64,000 nt of DNA from Lingula anatina (taxonomy: Eukaryota; Animalia; Brachiopoda), in NCBI GenBank assembly GCA_051362555.1, contig CM120640.1:15252001-15316000 (forward strand), in the 5' to 3' direction. Both the position numbers and the translations under genes were made by a program. Shown here piece by piece: positions 1-15,000 of the stretch (the first letter of the stretch is position 1; every line of letters begins with the position of its first letter). Below the pieces are notes generated by a model. That model saw only the letters and a program-made list of their open reading frames with translations, did no database searches and had not been told where the DNA came from.

Positions 1-3000
1 GATGGAATCGACACAGACTGCGATGGGGCAGTGGATGAGGAACAGTGTGATGGCGTTGGTAGGTTTATTAATCTGCCTTAAAACATATTTTGGATACCAA
101 ACTTATGCAGACTCTCAACATTATATGCCAATCAAATGCCAAAATTATTTTTGTTTTATACTTATTTCTTTTGTTATTACTTCTAGATAATGATAACGAC
201 GGCCAGATCGATGAAGATTGTGCCGCAGCCCAGGACACAGGTGGCCGGGAGTTCATAGTTATGTACCTAGACAACATAGTCGAAACTCCAAAAGGGTTTG
301 CTCTAGAATTGTTCGTAACAACTTCATATGACGTGCCTGTCAGTGTGAATGTTTCCACCCCGGCATGGAATAGCCCACCCATGATGGAGACCTTCACCAT
401 ACAACCTAGAGAGGTGCGGCTTGTCAATGTTTCTCGCAATCTACGTATGAGCGGCACTTCTATGTCCACCAAGGCCGTGTTGGTGCAGGCAGATAACGAG
501 GTCGTCGTGTACGGTGTCAACAAAGAGCTCTTTTCAAACGATGCTTTCCTGGCATTGCCCACCGATGTCATTGGTCAAGAATACTACACTGTTTCGCATT
601 CACCCCCTGAAACGGCCTGTGTTTTCGGTGTTGCTGGTGTCTATGACGGGACCGTTGTTACAATAACTCTACCCTCTCCCTCTGGCACGGCTGTTTCGGT
701 CAACTACAATGGCGTCGTATATGGAAATGGCAACACTTTTGAGGTGGCTTTGAATCGTTACGATACATTCCAGGTCCAAGATTCTAACAAAGGTGATCTA
801 ACGGGAACCTATATTACTTCAAACCAGCCAGTTGCAGTCTTCAGTGGCAACATTAGAACCAACGTGGGCGCCGGCACCCGATCACGTGATCATCTTGTGG
901 AGCAGATGACGCCAGTGCCGTCATGGGGAACAGAGTTCATCACAGTGCCCACGCCGAACCGCACTGTTGGGGATATAGTCAAAATCGTCGCTAGCTCTGA
1001 TAACACTGTCGTTGAATTAACCGGGCAACCGCAGATTGTGCTTAACAAAGGGCAGTATGCTGAAAGAGTGATCCCGTCTGTTCTCTACACTCGCATTGTT
1101 GCTAATAATCCAATATTGGTTGTTCAGATCGTTTATAGTCAGTTTTCTTCCACTGAACCGGCAGATCCCGCCCTAACAATCATTCCACCCATCCAACAGT
1201 GGGCTTCAGAGTACAACTTTGCTACTACACAGTACAGTGGGGGTGAAACTGGCGGAGACTATACTCACTTTTTTCTGCTGGTAATTCAAAATACGCAGAG
1301 GAATGGTCTGTTGTTTGACGGACAGCCTCTCAGCAACATACAGTGGACAAATGTACCAAACACAGACTATGTAGGTGCAAACTTTGTGGTATCTGGAGGG
1401 GCCCACAGCATCCGCCATGTAGCACGCGATGTTTCTTTCATGGGTCTGTTGTATGGTACCGCAGACAGGGAGAGCTACGGTTTCCCAGTTGGTATGAAGT
1501 TAGCCACAATCACCCAGGTAATAGTTGACCTGTTTTCATGACCCATTAGATAAATTCTGAGAGTGGAAAATGTTTTTCTAATGCTACTTTTGATGAAAAT
1601 CACATCCACCACATACTCGTGCTTATCTTAATATTAAATAACAGTAATCATACATTTGTTGCTATTTTCCTTTCCAGCCGTCCACATCAACTGTCAGTAC
1701 AACTCCGAGCACAACTCTTGTCACGACAACTACAACGGTCACAACGACCACCACACCTACTTCGACCACGCCAACTACAACCACGCCGACCACGACCACA
1801 CCCACCACGACCACACCGACCACGACCACACCCACCACGACAACTACCTCGGCGACCTCGACAACAGCCAGCACCACAAGGGCTGTTACATCCACGCCTT
1901 CGACAAGTAATTTTTTATTTCTTTACCTTAAAACAATTTGATAATGTCCTTCAGGTAAATATAGACATATTTTCACCTACTCTATGAGCTTTAAGAATAG
2001 TAATCGTAAATGACTAATCGCCATTATTATGCCTTTTTTACTTAAATCTCGCCTTTTGCATTGTTGGTGTTTCAAAATCTGAGTGCATTTTTTCCTTTAT
2101 TTGTAGCTATTGCCTACAGTGCTGGTAGAGAGTTTGTGGTTGTGTTCATGGAAAACAGTGTGGAAAATCCAGCGGGTTACGACTTAGAGCTTTTTATTAC
2201 CAGTGTAAATAACGAGGCTGTCCAAGTGAACGTGACCACACCCATGTTTAACAGTCCGAGCGTGACCCTCAGTGAGAGGCTGAGCGCCGGAGAGGTTAAG
2301 AAGTTTAACATAAGCAATGCTCTGAGGATGACCGGTACATCAAAAGGCTCGAAAGCAATACGCATACAAGCATCTGGAGACGTAGTTGTCTATGGCGTCA
2401 ACAAAGAATTGTTTTCCAATGATGGTTTCCTTGCCCTCCCGCTAAGTACTCTTGGAGGTCTTTACTATGCCGTTAGTTATGGACCTCCTGAAATAGCGAC
2501 CCAATTTGCCCTTGCTGCACCAGAAGATAATACAGTTGTCACAATCACTTTCCCAGCAAATAGTGGTGTCAGCCTTACATACGATGGACTTACATATACA
2601 GGAGGTGAAACTTTGCAGGTGACACTCAATAGATATGAAACCTTCCAAGTACAGAGCACTTCAGGTGATCTCACGGGTACCCGCGTGTCTTCGAATAAAA
2701 ACATTGCAATGTTCAGCGGCAACATCAGAACCAACGTAGGGAGTGGAATATCACGCGATCATTTGGTTGAACAGTTGCCTCCTGTGACGTCGTGGGGACA
2801 AGAATTCAATACTATTCCTATACCCGGACGCACAATCGGAGACCATTTCAGAATCATAGCCGGTCGCGACAACACTGTAGTTACAATTACAGGTCTTCCA
2901 ACAGTGACATTATCTAAAGCTGGGGATTTTGTTGCACTGAATATTTCTTCCGATAGCTACACCCACATTGTTGCCAATAAGCCAATCCTTGTGGCGCAAA

Positions 3001-6000
3001 TAGTTAAGAGCCAAGTCAGTGCCACAACGGCTGAGGTGGCAGATCCCGCCATGATCCTAATCCCACCTGTAGAGCAGTATGCCACACGTTACCTTTTTGC
3101 CACTCCCAAATACTCGGGTGGCGTAGTAGGGGGAGATTATACTAACTACTTCATGATCATGGTAGCAGACGACCAAAAGGACGGTCTTAGATTAGATGGC
3201 TCCAGTTTGCCAAACCCAACTTGGGTAACAGTACCTGGAACTAGTTACGCTGGCACGGCTGTCAACGTCGGCGATGGACAGCATGTGTTAGAACATGTCA
3301 CAGGGAATGTCCCATTCATGGGCTTGCTGTATGGAACTGCAGATAGAGAAACCTATGGCTTCCCAGTAGGAATGTTGTTGGCTAAATTGCAACCGGTGAG
3401 TACAGGTATATGTACACAATACAGATAAGACCACTTACAGTTTTTAGAATACATTTAATCCGAACGCCTGAGATACATACATAAATTTACTTTAAAGAGT
3501 AGTGTAATAGGAATAAAAAGTACTTTGTTAACCAAACTCAATTCAAAACCATCATTTTGAGAAACTGGTTAATAAAAGTAAATCGTTATCTCATACAGGC
3601 ATGTGATAAACCGGCACAAACACCAGGCGATGGTCTGGACAACGACTGCGATGGAACTATTGACGAGGAGAAATGCAACGGCCAAGGTATGTTGACAATG
3701 GAAGTGTATTGAAAACGCGTTATCAAGACAAAAACATTGAAACATGTTCAAATATCAGAATTTATGCTAGTGAGTAATTAAAAAATTGATATTCTGTTGA
3801 ATGAGGCAACTATTCAGGCACGGCCTTGGCAGTATCAAACGTCCAATTTGAAAGATAAATTATAAAGTTATAAGTTTCAAATATTTGCATCCTTTATTTA
3901 TCAATTTCATTTGAATTTGACATCAGTTTGTTTTTTTTTTTCTAACAGATGAGGACGGAGATGGGCTAATTGACGAAGATTGCCAAGGTAAATTTCAAAT
4001 GTATTTACATTAGCTGCTTTAAAAACAGAACAAAAAGAAGAAAGACAGTCATAAACAAATGTGGTATGAAAAATTAGTTTTGTTCAAATTTCACATTGCA
4101 TTTTAGGCATCCAAGATACTGGTGGCCGTGAGTTCTTGGTTATGTACATGGCTAACATAGTGGAGGCCCCACAAAACTTCCCACTTGAACTTTTCATTAC
4201 TACGTCTCACAACGTACCAGTAAATGTGAACATCACTACACCGAGATGGAACAACCCATCTTTGTCCGTTCAAGCCACCATCAACCCAAGGGAGGTTCAG
4301 AAATTCAACCTTTCCCATACACTGCGCATGGACGGCACCAGCATGTCCACTAAAGCAGTCCTCATCGAATCCGACTTTGAAATTGTTGTCTACGGTGTGA
4401 ACAAAGAGCTTTTCTCTGATGATGCCTTCCTGGCCATACCGGTGGATTCTTTGGGCACCGATTATTACACTATTTCCTATTCCCCACCAGAGATTATGAC
4501 CGAGTTTGGAATTGTTGGTATTTACAACAATACAGAGGTGACTATCGTGTTTCCATCCCCAGCGGATGTTCCTGTTAGTGTTACGTATGGTGGTGTTACC
4601 TATAGTAATGGTCAGACGCTGCGCCTGAATATGAACAGGTATGATACATTCCAAGCACAAAGTGTGGGTGATCTTACAGGTACCAGAATCCTATCCAGTC
4701 AGAAGGTTGCCGTGTTTAGCGGAAATGTCAGAACGAACATCGGTGCTGGCACCAAGTCTCGTGACCATCTCGTAGAACAGATCCCTCCAGTGCAATCTTG
4801 GGGAAAAGAATTTGCTACGGTGCCAATCCCTGGCAGAACAACTGGAGACATTTTCAGAATAGTAGCTTCAAAGGCCAATACTCAAGTGACCACAACTCGT
4901 GGAAACCCAGCAGTCACAGAAACGTTCACTGTGAACAGAGGTGAATACCTTCAGCTCCGCATCCCATCAACTGACTACATGCACATCATGGCTAGTGAGC
5001 CAGTTCTCGTTACACAGTTTGTATACAGCCAAGAGAGTGAAAGTACCCAAGAGGTTGCTGACCCATCCATGATAATCATTCCTCCCGTTGAACAGTATGC
5101 TTTCGAATATAACTTTGCAACTACAGAATACAGTGGAGGCGTAACCGGCGGAGATTACAGACATTTCTTTATGCTGGTTGTTGATAATGCCAATAAGGAT
5201 GGGTTTACACTGGACGGAGCACCCCTTTCATCAAACAGAGCCTTGATATGGAACCCCATTGGCAACACCAATTATATGGGAACCGTGTTTGAAGTACCTG
5301 GAGGTGCCCATACAATGAGACATACAACTGGCACTGTGTCCTTTATGGGGTTGTTGTATGGAACTGCAGACAGAGAGAGCTACGGATTCCCTATCGGAAT
5401 GAATCTAGGGTCTATTCAGCCAGTAAGTGAGGACAAATTCAGTATAAATCTTTCGAGATACAGAATAGATTGTTAAGGTTGAATTTAATTACTGATGGAA
5501 ATTTATTGAAAACTTTTGTTTTACTCTCAGATTATTTCCCACGTAACTGTTTGGCAAGTTATTGTTCTTCATTGAATTGCAGACCTGCAATCAACCAGCC
5601 CAAAGACCCGGTGATGGTATAGATAATGACTGTGATAATTTGATTGATGAAGAGGATTGTGATGGCATTGGTAGGTTTATCTGAATTGACAACTGTGTCG
5701 AGAAAATTTATTATCAACAACCTATTTCATACTTCAATTTTTTCTTTTCCTTTTTTTAAATTTAACGATGTTCATGTAGTCAGTTTTAAATTGGCACATA
5801 CAAAATGCTTACTGACAATGTCTCTTTTCATTTTCAGACGACGACTCGGATGGCTTGATAGATGAAGATTGTCAAGGTAATATCAACTGTTTTTCCTTAA
5901 TCTTAGTTTTTTTTAGAACATAAAACGATGATTAGCTTTATCGGTACTCTTCGTATGTTTACAGTTTATCAATATATAACACCTTTTCGTATACATGTAG

Positions 6001-9000
6001 GTATCCAAGATACTGGAGGCCGTGAGTTCTTGGTTATGTACATGGCTAACATAGTGGAGGCCCCACAAAACTTCCCACTTGAACTCTTCATTACTACGTC
6101 TCACAACGTACCAGTAAACGTAAACATCACTACACCGAGATGGAACAACCCATCTTTGTCCCTTCAAGCCACCATCAACCCAAGGGAGGTTCAGAAATTC
6201 AACCTTTCACATACACTGCGCATGGACGGCACCAGCATGTCTACTAAAGCAGTCCTCATCGAATCCGACTTTGAGGTTGTTGTCTACGGTGTTAACAAAG
6301 AGCTTTTCTCCGATGATGCCTTCCTGGCCATACCAGTGGATTCTTTGGGCACCGATTATTACACTATTTCCTATTCCCCACCAGAGATAATGACAGAGTT
6401 TGGAATCGTTGGTATTTACAACAATACAGAGGTGACTATCGTGTTTCCATCCCCAGCGGATACTCCTGTTAGTGTTACGTATGATGGCGTTACCTATGGT
6501 AATGGTCAGACGCTGCGTCTGAATATGAACAGGTATGATACATTCCAAGCACAAAGTGTGGGTGATCTTACAGGTACCAGAATCCTATCCAGTCAGAAGG
6601 TTGCCGTGTTCAGCGGAAATGTCAGAACGAACATCGGTGCTGGCACCAAGTCTCGTGACCATCTCGTAGAACAGATCCCTCCAGTGCAATCTTGGGGAAA
6701 AGAATTTGCCACGGTGCCAATCCCTGGCAGAACAACTGGAGACATTTTCAGAATAGTAGCTTCAAAGGCCAATACTCAAGTGACCACAACTCGTGGAAAC
6801 CCAGCAGTCACAGAAGCGTTCACAGTGAACAGAGGTGAATACCTTCAGCTCCGCATCCCATCAACTGACTACATGCACATCATGGCTAGTGAGCCAGTTC
6901 TCGTTACACAGTTTGTATACAGCCAAGAGAGTGAAAGTACCCAAGAGGTTGCTGACCCATCCATGATAATCATTCCTCCCGTTGAACAGTATGCTTTCGA
7001 ATATAACTTTGCAACTACAGAATACAGTGGAGGCGTAACCGGCGGAGATTACAGACATTTCTTTATGCTGGTTGTTGATAATGCCAATAAGGATGGGTTT
7101 ACACTGGACGGAGCACCCCTTTCATCAAACAGAGCCTTGATATGGAACCCCATTGGCAACACCAATTATATGGGAACCGTGTTTGAAGTACCTGGAGGTG
7201 CCCATACAATTAGGCATACAACTGGCACTGTGTCCTTTATGGGGTTGTTGTATGGAACTGCAGACAGAGAGAGCTACGGATTCCCCATCGGAATGAATCT
7301 AGGGTCTATTCAGCCAGTAAGTAAGATAAAATAGAGTTCAACTCCCTGAAGTAAAAGTTTGATAATCGACACCCTTGAATAAATTTGGTTAAAGCTTTTT
7401 ATAAGATTTTATTTACTAAAACCCTAATAAATAATCTATCATGTTCCTATTTGATAAAGGATTGTTTCTAATCGAATTACAGACATGCAGTCAACCAGCC
7501 CAAACACCCGGTGATGGTATTGACAATGACTGTGATAATGTGATTGATGAAGAGGAATGCAATGGCATTGGTAGGTTTGTCTGAATGGACAATGATGCCG
7601 AGATGATTTATTATCAACAGCCTATTACATACGTCAGTTTTCTGTTACTTTTTTCTCAAACAAAGTTGATGTAGTCATTTCGAATGGGCACATACAAAAG
7701 ACCTACTAAAAGTGTATCTGTTCGTTTTCAGATGACGACTCGGATGGCTTGATAGATGAAGATTGTCAAGGTAATATCAATTGTTTTTTTTTCTTTAATT
7801 ATAGTTTCATTTTTTTTGATAGAACATATAAGGTTGATTAGATTTCTTAATACTCTTTACATGCCTACAGTTTATCATTAAAAGTAATGCTTTTTCTTTA
7901 AGGTATCCAAGATACTGGAGGTCGTGAGTTCTTGGTTATGTACATGGCTAACATAGTGGAGAACCCTCAAAACTTCCCGCTTGAACTTTTCATTACCACG
8001 TCTCACAACGTACCAGTAAATGTGAACATCACTACGCCGAGATGGAACAACCCATCTGTGTCATTTCAAGCCACCATCAACCCAAGGGAGGTCCAAAAAT
8101 TTAACCTCTCACATACACTGCGCATGGATGGCACAAGCATGTCCACTAAAGCAGTTCTGATCGAATCTGACTTTGAGGTTGTTGTGTATGGTGTGAACAA
8201 AGAGCTTTTCTCCGATGATGCCTTCCTGGCCATACCAGTGGATTCTTTGGGAACCGATTATTACACCGTTTCCTATTCCCCTCCAGAGATTATGACTGAG
8301 TTTGGAATCGTTGGTATTTACAACAATACAGAAGTGACTATCGAATTTCCATCCCCAGCGGATACTCCTGTTAGTGTTACGTATGATGGCGTGACTTATG
8401 GTAATGGTCAGGCGCTGCGTTTGAATATGAACAGGTATGATACATTCCAAGCACAAAGTGTGGGTGATCTTACAGGTACCAGAATCATGTCCAGTCAGAA
8501 GGTTGCCGTGTTCAGCGGAAATGTCAGAACGAACATCGGTGCTGGCACTAAATCTCGTGACCATCTCGTAGAACAGATCCCTCCAGTGCAATCTTGGGGA
8601 AAAGAATTTGCCACGGTGCCAATTCCTGGCAGGACAACCGGAGACATTTTCAGAATAGTAGCTTCAAATGCCAATACACAAGTGACCACAACTCGTGGAA
8701 ACCCACCAGTCAATGAAACTCAAACTATAAATAGTGGTGAATACCTTCAGCTCCGCATCCCATCCACTGACTACATGCACATCATGGCTAGTGAGCCTGT
8801 TCTCGTTACACAGTTTGTATACAGCCAAGAGAGTGAAAGTACCCAAGAGGTTGCAGATCCGTCCATGGTCATCATTCCTCCTGTTGAACAATATGCCTTC
8901 GAATATAACTTTGCCACTACAGAATACAGTGGAGGCGTAACCGGCGGAGACTACAGACATTACTTCCTACTTGTAAGTCCAGAGGCGAGTAAAGACGGTT

Positions 9001-12000
9001 TTCTACTCGATAATTCGACATTATCAACTGCAAAAGCACTCACCTGGAATCGAATAGGGAACAGCAACTACATGGGAACTGTTTTCGAGGTGGCCGGTGG
9101 AGCTCATACCATACGACACACTACAGGCACGGTATCCTTCATGGGCTTGCTATACGGATCTGCAGACAGAGAAAGCTACGCATTCCCCATCGGTATGAGA
9201 TTAGCATCTCTGCTAACAACGGTAAGGTCCAAGTTCATTAAGCATCCCCCAACTTATTTTTTGCAGTTCCTGTTGTGATCTTTTGTGTTATTGCTGTGCA
9301 CGGTCTTCAAACACGCACTTTTCAATGGCTTATTTTTGTTGCTTTCTTTGATGTCAGTTGTTTTTTTCTTTTGGTTATTGTCATTTTACATTAACTTTAT
9401 CTGATACATTGTTTCACAAAAAAAAAAAAAAAAAAAATTGCCATCTCATTGAGAGTGGCTATGCCTTATGGTTGACATGATTATGAACTTTTGGATGTAC
9501 TAGCAGTTAACATTTACTCTGGTCACTCTGGGATGTCAGTTCCAGTATTTTTGTGAAACAATCGCTATATATCAACACACTGGGAGCTTATTGCTTCAGT
9601 GTGGGAGCAACGTTGTGTTTGTAAATTTGAATGTTCAAGCCCCATGTGAAAGATTTCTTTGCTTCACTTACTATTACAACAGTAACAATAACGCTTAACT
9701 GGGGTTTGTTGCTGGTGTTGCTTTATTGACTGTTTCATAATTGGCCACTGTTTGATGTTGTTTTTCAATAGAGCACGGTGGCGCCTGGGGTGACAACTAC
9801 AACGACCACAACAATAACTCCTCCAACTTCCCTCACAACTACAACACCCACTACTTCAACTGCTACTAATACTACGCCATCGTCTACAACCAAAACTACT
9901 GCTGCTACAATTACTTCGGCCTCTACCACCACAACCCCGACTACAACTACTACAGCTCCTACAACTGTCACTTCCACTACTACTCCTACCCCTACAACTA
10001 CCACTGACATTCTAACCACTGTAACCAGAATCCCAACTACCACAACCCCGACTACTACTTCACAAACATCCACCACGATCGCAATTAATACCACAACAGC
10101 ACCTTTCATAACAACAGAGATAACAACGGTAAGTCTCATAGGGAGTTCAGCTTCCTTCCATTTACATTCTAACCTCTTCACAGCTACCTAATTAACACTA
10201 TAAGAAATTTGACCTTTAGAAGGGCTTTTCACATTTCGTATATTCTGAAATTGTGTATTTTTAGGAACAATGCGATTTTCAACTATTTTTAAGCGATAAT
10301 TTTGAATTTGATGCAATGAATTATCGACAAAAGTAACGCCTTACAAAAAATTATATACGTCGCAAAGGTTTTGAGAACTGCATCCAATCTGTTGATGTTC
10401 ATGTTGATGTCTAGTTTCAATTTTGTTTGAACATTTTAGCCGTCAACTACAGCTGCGCCAGTCACTACCTCAACATTGCCGACTTCAACAACGACGCAGG
10501 TATGTTATACTTTTTAAACAAAGATAGTTTAGGTTGTATTGTGGTTTTACCCTCGCAAAATGTTGTTTGACTTTAAATCCATTTAATATATCATCGCCGT
10601 TAGATGTACCTAAAAGATGAAAGAGGTAATAGTGCTTAATGTGTGTGATATTTTAAGGCATCGCATCCGTCACTCTCTTTCAGCCAACAACAACGACCAC
10701 TACTACAGTTTCAACCACCACTACTGCATCAACTACGACAACAACGACTCAGGTGAGAATACTATGATAGTTCAGTATTTCGATGAGAAAGTGTTGAAAC
10801 TTCTTTAGACGTAACAACAATACTTATCGGCATGTTAAGAAAAATGAAGTACCAAAAACAAAGTATTTTGAAATTGCCTTGCTGTAAGTCAAAACATTTC
10901 TTGCCATTTTAGCCTACCACTACTACCACGACCGTTGCAACCACTACGGCTACCCCATCGACGACGACACCGGTAAACATTTTCATATATCATCATTTTA
11001 ATTAGATTTTATGAAGATGTTGAGATCATTTGAAATGTCATATAATAATGATATTATGCACTTTGAAACTAAATTTATATACAACATAAGTGTAGCATAC
11101 CCTTTTACTTTTGTATGCTCGTGCATTTAATTATGCAATTTTTGTTTTTCAAAAATGGCACCGGCATTAAATTTGTACATTTTATTGAACATCTTCTCCA
11201 GGCCTGTGCAGCACCTGCCATGGTACCGGGTGATGGGGTTGATAACGACTGCGACACCTCGGTAGATGAAGAAGAATGCGATGGAATCGGTGATTACATA
11301 CTCTTTAGTCTTTTCTAAAAAAATTCTGGATTTATGTTTTTCATATCTTACTAGAAATTCTGCTGTCAATGGTTCCATGAGTTAAGAATCATAGTATAAC
11401 TAATAGGAAAAGTAATGAATCCGGTCAAAAGAATGGCATTTGATACGTTATATCAAATATCTCAATAGAAGCATTTGGTGACTTAAAATTTGCTTTGTCT
11501 GTAGATAATGATGGTGACGGGAAAGTAGATGAAGATTGCAGGGAGTTCCAGGACACAGGTGGTAAAGAATTCTTCATTGTCTACATGGACAATGTTGTTG
11601 AAAACGAGCAAGGCTTTGACTTGGAACTGTTCATCACGTCATCCTACAACATCCCCGTCCAGGTAAACGTCACCTCACCAAAATGGACACAGCCTTATGT
11701 GTCCATTTCGGACACCATTAGCCCTCAGGAGGTGAAGAAGTTCAGCTTCTCCAAGGATCTGCGCCAGAAAGGAACTGGCATGTCCACTAAAGCCATACAT
11801 GTCAGTGCAAGCAGTGCCGTGGTCGTTTATGGTGTCAACAAGGAGCTGTTTTCGGACGACGCTTTCTTAGCTTTGCCTGTAGACACCCTGGGAAGGGAGT
11901 ATTACACCGTCTCCTACTCTCCTCCTAATATCGCCACTCAGTTTGCTATAGTTGGCGTGTTCGACGGCACTGAGGTGGTTATTCGTTTCCCCAATCCTTC

Positions 12001-15000
12001 GGGACCCCCTGTCAGTGTTGACTACAATGGTAATACATACACTAATGGCCAGACTCTCCGTATGACCATGAACAAGTATGACACTTTCCAAGCCCAGAGT
12101 GTAGGTGATTTATCCGGCACCCGCATCACCGCCAGCCGCAAGATATCCGTGTTCAGTGGGAACGTAAGAGCGAATATCGGCGCTGGAACCTCCTCCCGCG
12201 ATCATCTAGTAGAGCAGCTTCCGCCTACCGCCTCCTGGGGCAAGCATTTCATCACTGTCCCCACGCCAGGCCGTACGACAGGCGATGTTTACCGAATAGT
12301 TGCCACCAGACCCAACACCCAAGTCGCCATTGCTAATACCACGGCCACCGTTACCTACACGCTGGCTGCAAGCGATGTCCTAGAGGTGACCATTCCTTCC
12401 ACTTCCCACACCAGTGTCACTGCCTCTGAGCCCATTCTGGTGACCCAATTCGTGTACAGCCAATACTCGCCCGATGAACCAGCCGATCCATCTATGATAG
12501 TGGTACCACCCACAGAACAGTATGCTTATGAATATAACTTTGCAACGACCACATACTCTGGGGGAGTCTCCGGCGGCGACTACACCAACTACGTCATGGT
12601 CGTCATAAAGGATGCGGACAAAGATGGCCTGCTCCTGAACGATGTACCTCTGAATCAAGCGAGATCCCTCACGTGGTCCCCCGTGGCATCCACCGAGTAC
12701 GTTGCCACCAATTTTACCGTGCCACAGGGAGCTTACAGACTGCGACACTCCACTGGTGCAGTTACATTCATGGGCATCCTGTTTGGTTCGGCCGACAGAG
12801 AAAGTTACGGTTTCCCAATTGGAATGAGACTTGCTGCTATTCAAACTGTACGTGTATTTTTTTTTTTTTTTTACAATTACGATGTCTAAGCTATTTTTTC
12901 AGTAGTTCTACACATTTCCCTCGTTTACTTTAATATATTTTTGTATTGAATTTTATTATTTTTGTGCACAGTATGGATTATAACAACATAGTAGAATGTA
13001 ATAGGGCCTATTTGATGTACACAAAAATGCATTTTTCATTTAGCACACAATTCTTGCTCTTCTTGTGATAAAACGAACTTAAGAAGAGAAATGCAAAACA
13101 AGATTAACCGTTTTTTCACTTGAATTTCCGAGCAGGTGTGCGTTCCCTCCACTATGACTCCTGGTGACGCCGTAGACAACGACTGTGACGGAGCCGCAGA
13201 CGAGGAAATCTGTAACAGAATAGGTAAAGATGATGGACTATTAGAGACCCCCCCACACACACACACCTCCGTGAACTCCGCTCAACGTTAAACTCACGAC
13301 CAAAAAGGTTTTTTTTTCACTGTCATCCTTTTTATTTGAAAACCAATTAAATATGACCATTATTATTGACTTTCGAAGTCAAAATATTCCTATTCCTCTA
13401 ACCGATTTCACTTGGATCTCCTAAGCTGAAGAATGTTTAATTTTAGTGGGGTATGCCTACCTCTTTTTTAGCACTGGTAATTCAACTCCCATGATTCTTT
13501 TTCGTTGCAGCTTTATACGATGTGATTTTTAATAGCATGAAACATAGTTTAAAGGGATGAATCCTTGGTGCGATTATAATTTTTCTTTTATTCAAAGCAT
13601 GGGGGCTTATATCTTATTTATATTATAATACAGGTATATATAACCCTTGCACTCACAAGGTAATGCGACAAAGAAGACAAAAAATGCAGTGCGCTCTAAA
13701 ATGACATGGAGGCGTATCTATATAATGAGTTAATTTACCCCTTTATGTTTAACTTTGAATATCTAAACAACTTAATCTTATATTTATTATAATAATTGGC
13801 AACAAAGATGCATTATTACTTTAACACGCTTGACTTTTTATCTGTTTTTAGACGACGACAGCGATGGTTTAATTGATGAAGATTGCTCAGGTAAGATTAA
13901 AAAATGCTTGGTGCGAAGTGCCTTTGTGTTTTCATTGACTTCATTCATCAAATTAGCCGTTTCACGTATAATTACATATAATTTTGACTTTTAGCCTATG
14001 ATATTTATTATGGAGGTTAACAAGTATTACATAACCGTGCCAAAGGCGCATGTGCACCCACTTTTAAAAGTGTTATAGCGCACATACATGTAGATGTCCA
14101 GTTCACCAATGCACCGTGTTATTACAAAACAAGTCAATATGAGATAACAATTAATGACACCCCCACCCCCTCTAAAGTATGTCGTTAACAATGATATCGT
14201 AATTCAAAGGATGGTCCTCCGGCATACCTGGTTAAGGGCGTGATCTTTGACTTGCTTTTGTATACGGCTATTATATTACTTCTAGCACTGTCATGCTATT
14301 GTCGTGAGTGAATGGTAAGACACCAGTGAATAGCCGATTGCGATGAGATAGATTGGATTTCAAAGTCTTAAATGCACCTTATTAAACGTTGATCATTCCC
14401 TTAGTGACATTTCCCTGAGCTGAACATCTTACGATGTCGCGGTCACGTTTGCTTATATATGTTATAATTTTTGACATGTTTTTGATTTTAGCTGCCCAGG
14501 ATACTGGAGGCAAAGAGTTTCTGTTGATGTACATGCAAAACACCGTAGAGTTCCCTCAGAATTTCCCACTGGAGCTGTACATCACGACTTCCTACAATGT
14601 CACCGTCGATGTGAACGTGACAACGCCCAAGTGGAATCCGGCCTATCAAAGCCAAGCCAGTATAGATCCACGTACAGTGAAATTTGTGAACCTCACCCAC
14701 GACTTACGCATGTCAGCAACAGGCTACGGTAATCAAGCTGTGTATGTTACGGCGACTAACGAAGTGGTTGTTTATGCGGTGAACAAAGAGCTGTTCTCCA
14801 ACGATGGCTTCCTTGCTTTACCCACTGATGTTTTGGGCACCGAGTATTTCACTGTGTGTTACGGCCCGCCTGAAATCGCCTGTCAGTTTGGCATAGCAGC
14901 ACTGGAAAACGGGACTGAGGTCACTGTCACCTACGCTTCTACTTCCGACCAAGCTCAGTCTGGCACACCCACATCGGCATTATCACTGAATCGGTTCGAT

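Noticed and set aside
1150-1180. ADPA/ADPS/GDPA motifs as FCGBP GDPH autocleavage sites
   Set aside because: GDPH belongs to VWD domains, which are absent; DP here is part of the FCGBP-N consensus and lacks the His
1619-1987. His/Asp-rich (DHDHTHH), Arg/Pro-rich and Val-rich ORFs suggesting a metal-binding peptide
   Set aside because: They are alternative frames and the antisense of the Thr-rich exon 1678-1906; only the Thr frame fits the splice phases of the flanking exons
4103-8960. Repeated antisense ORFs (e.g. [22 protein letters not shown])
   Set aside because: Shadows of the duplicated sense exons with no independent coding evidence
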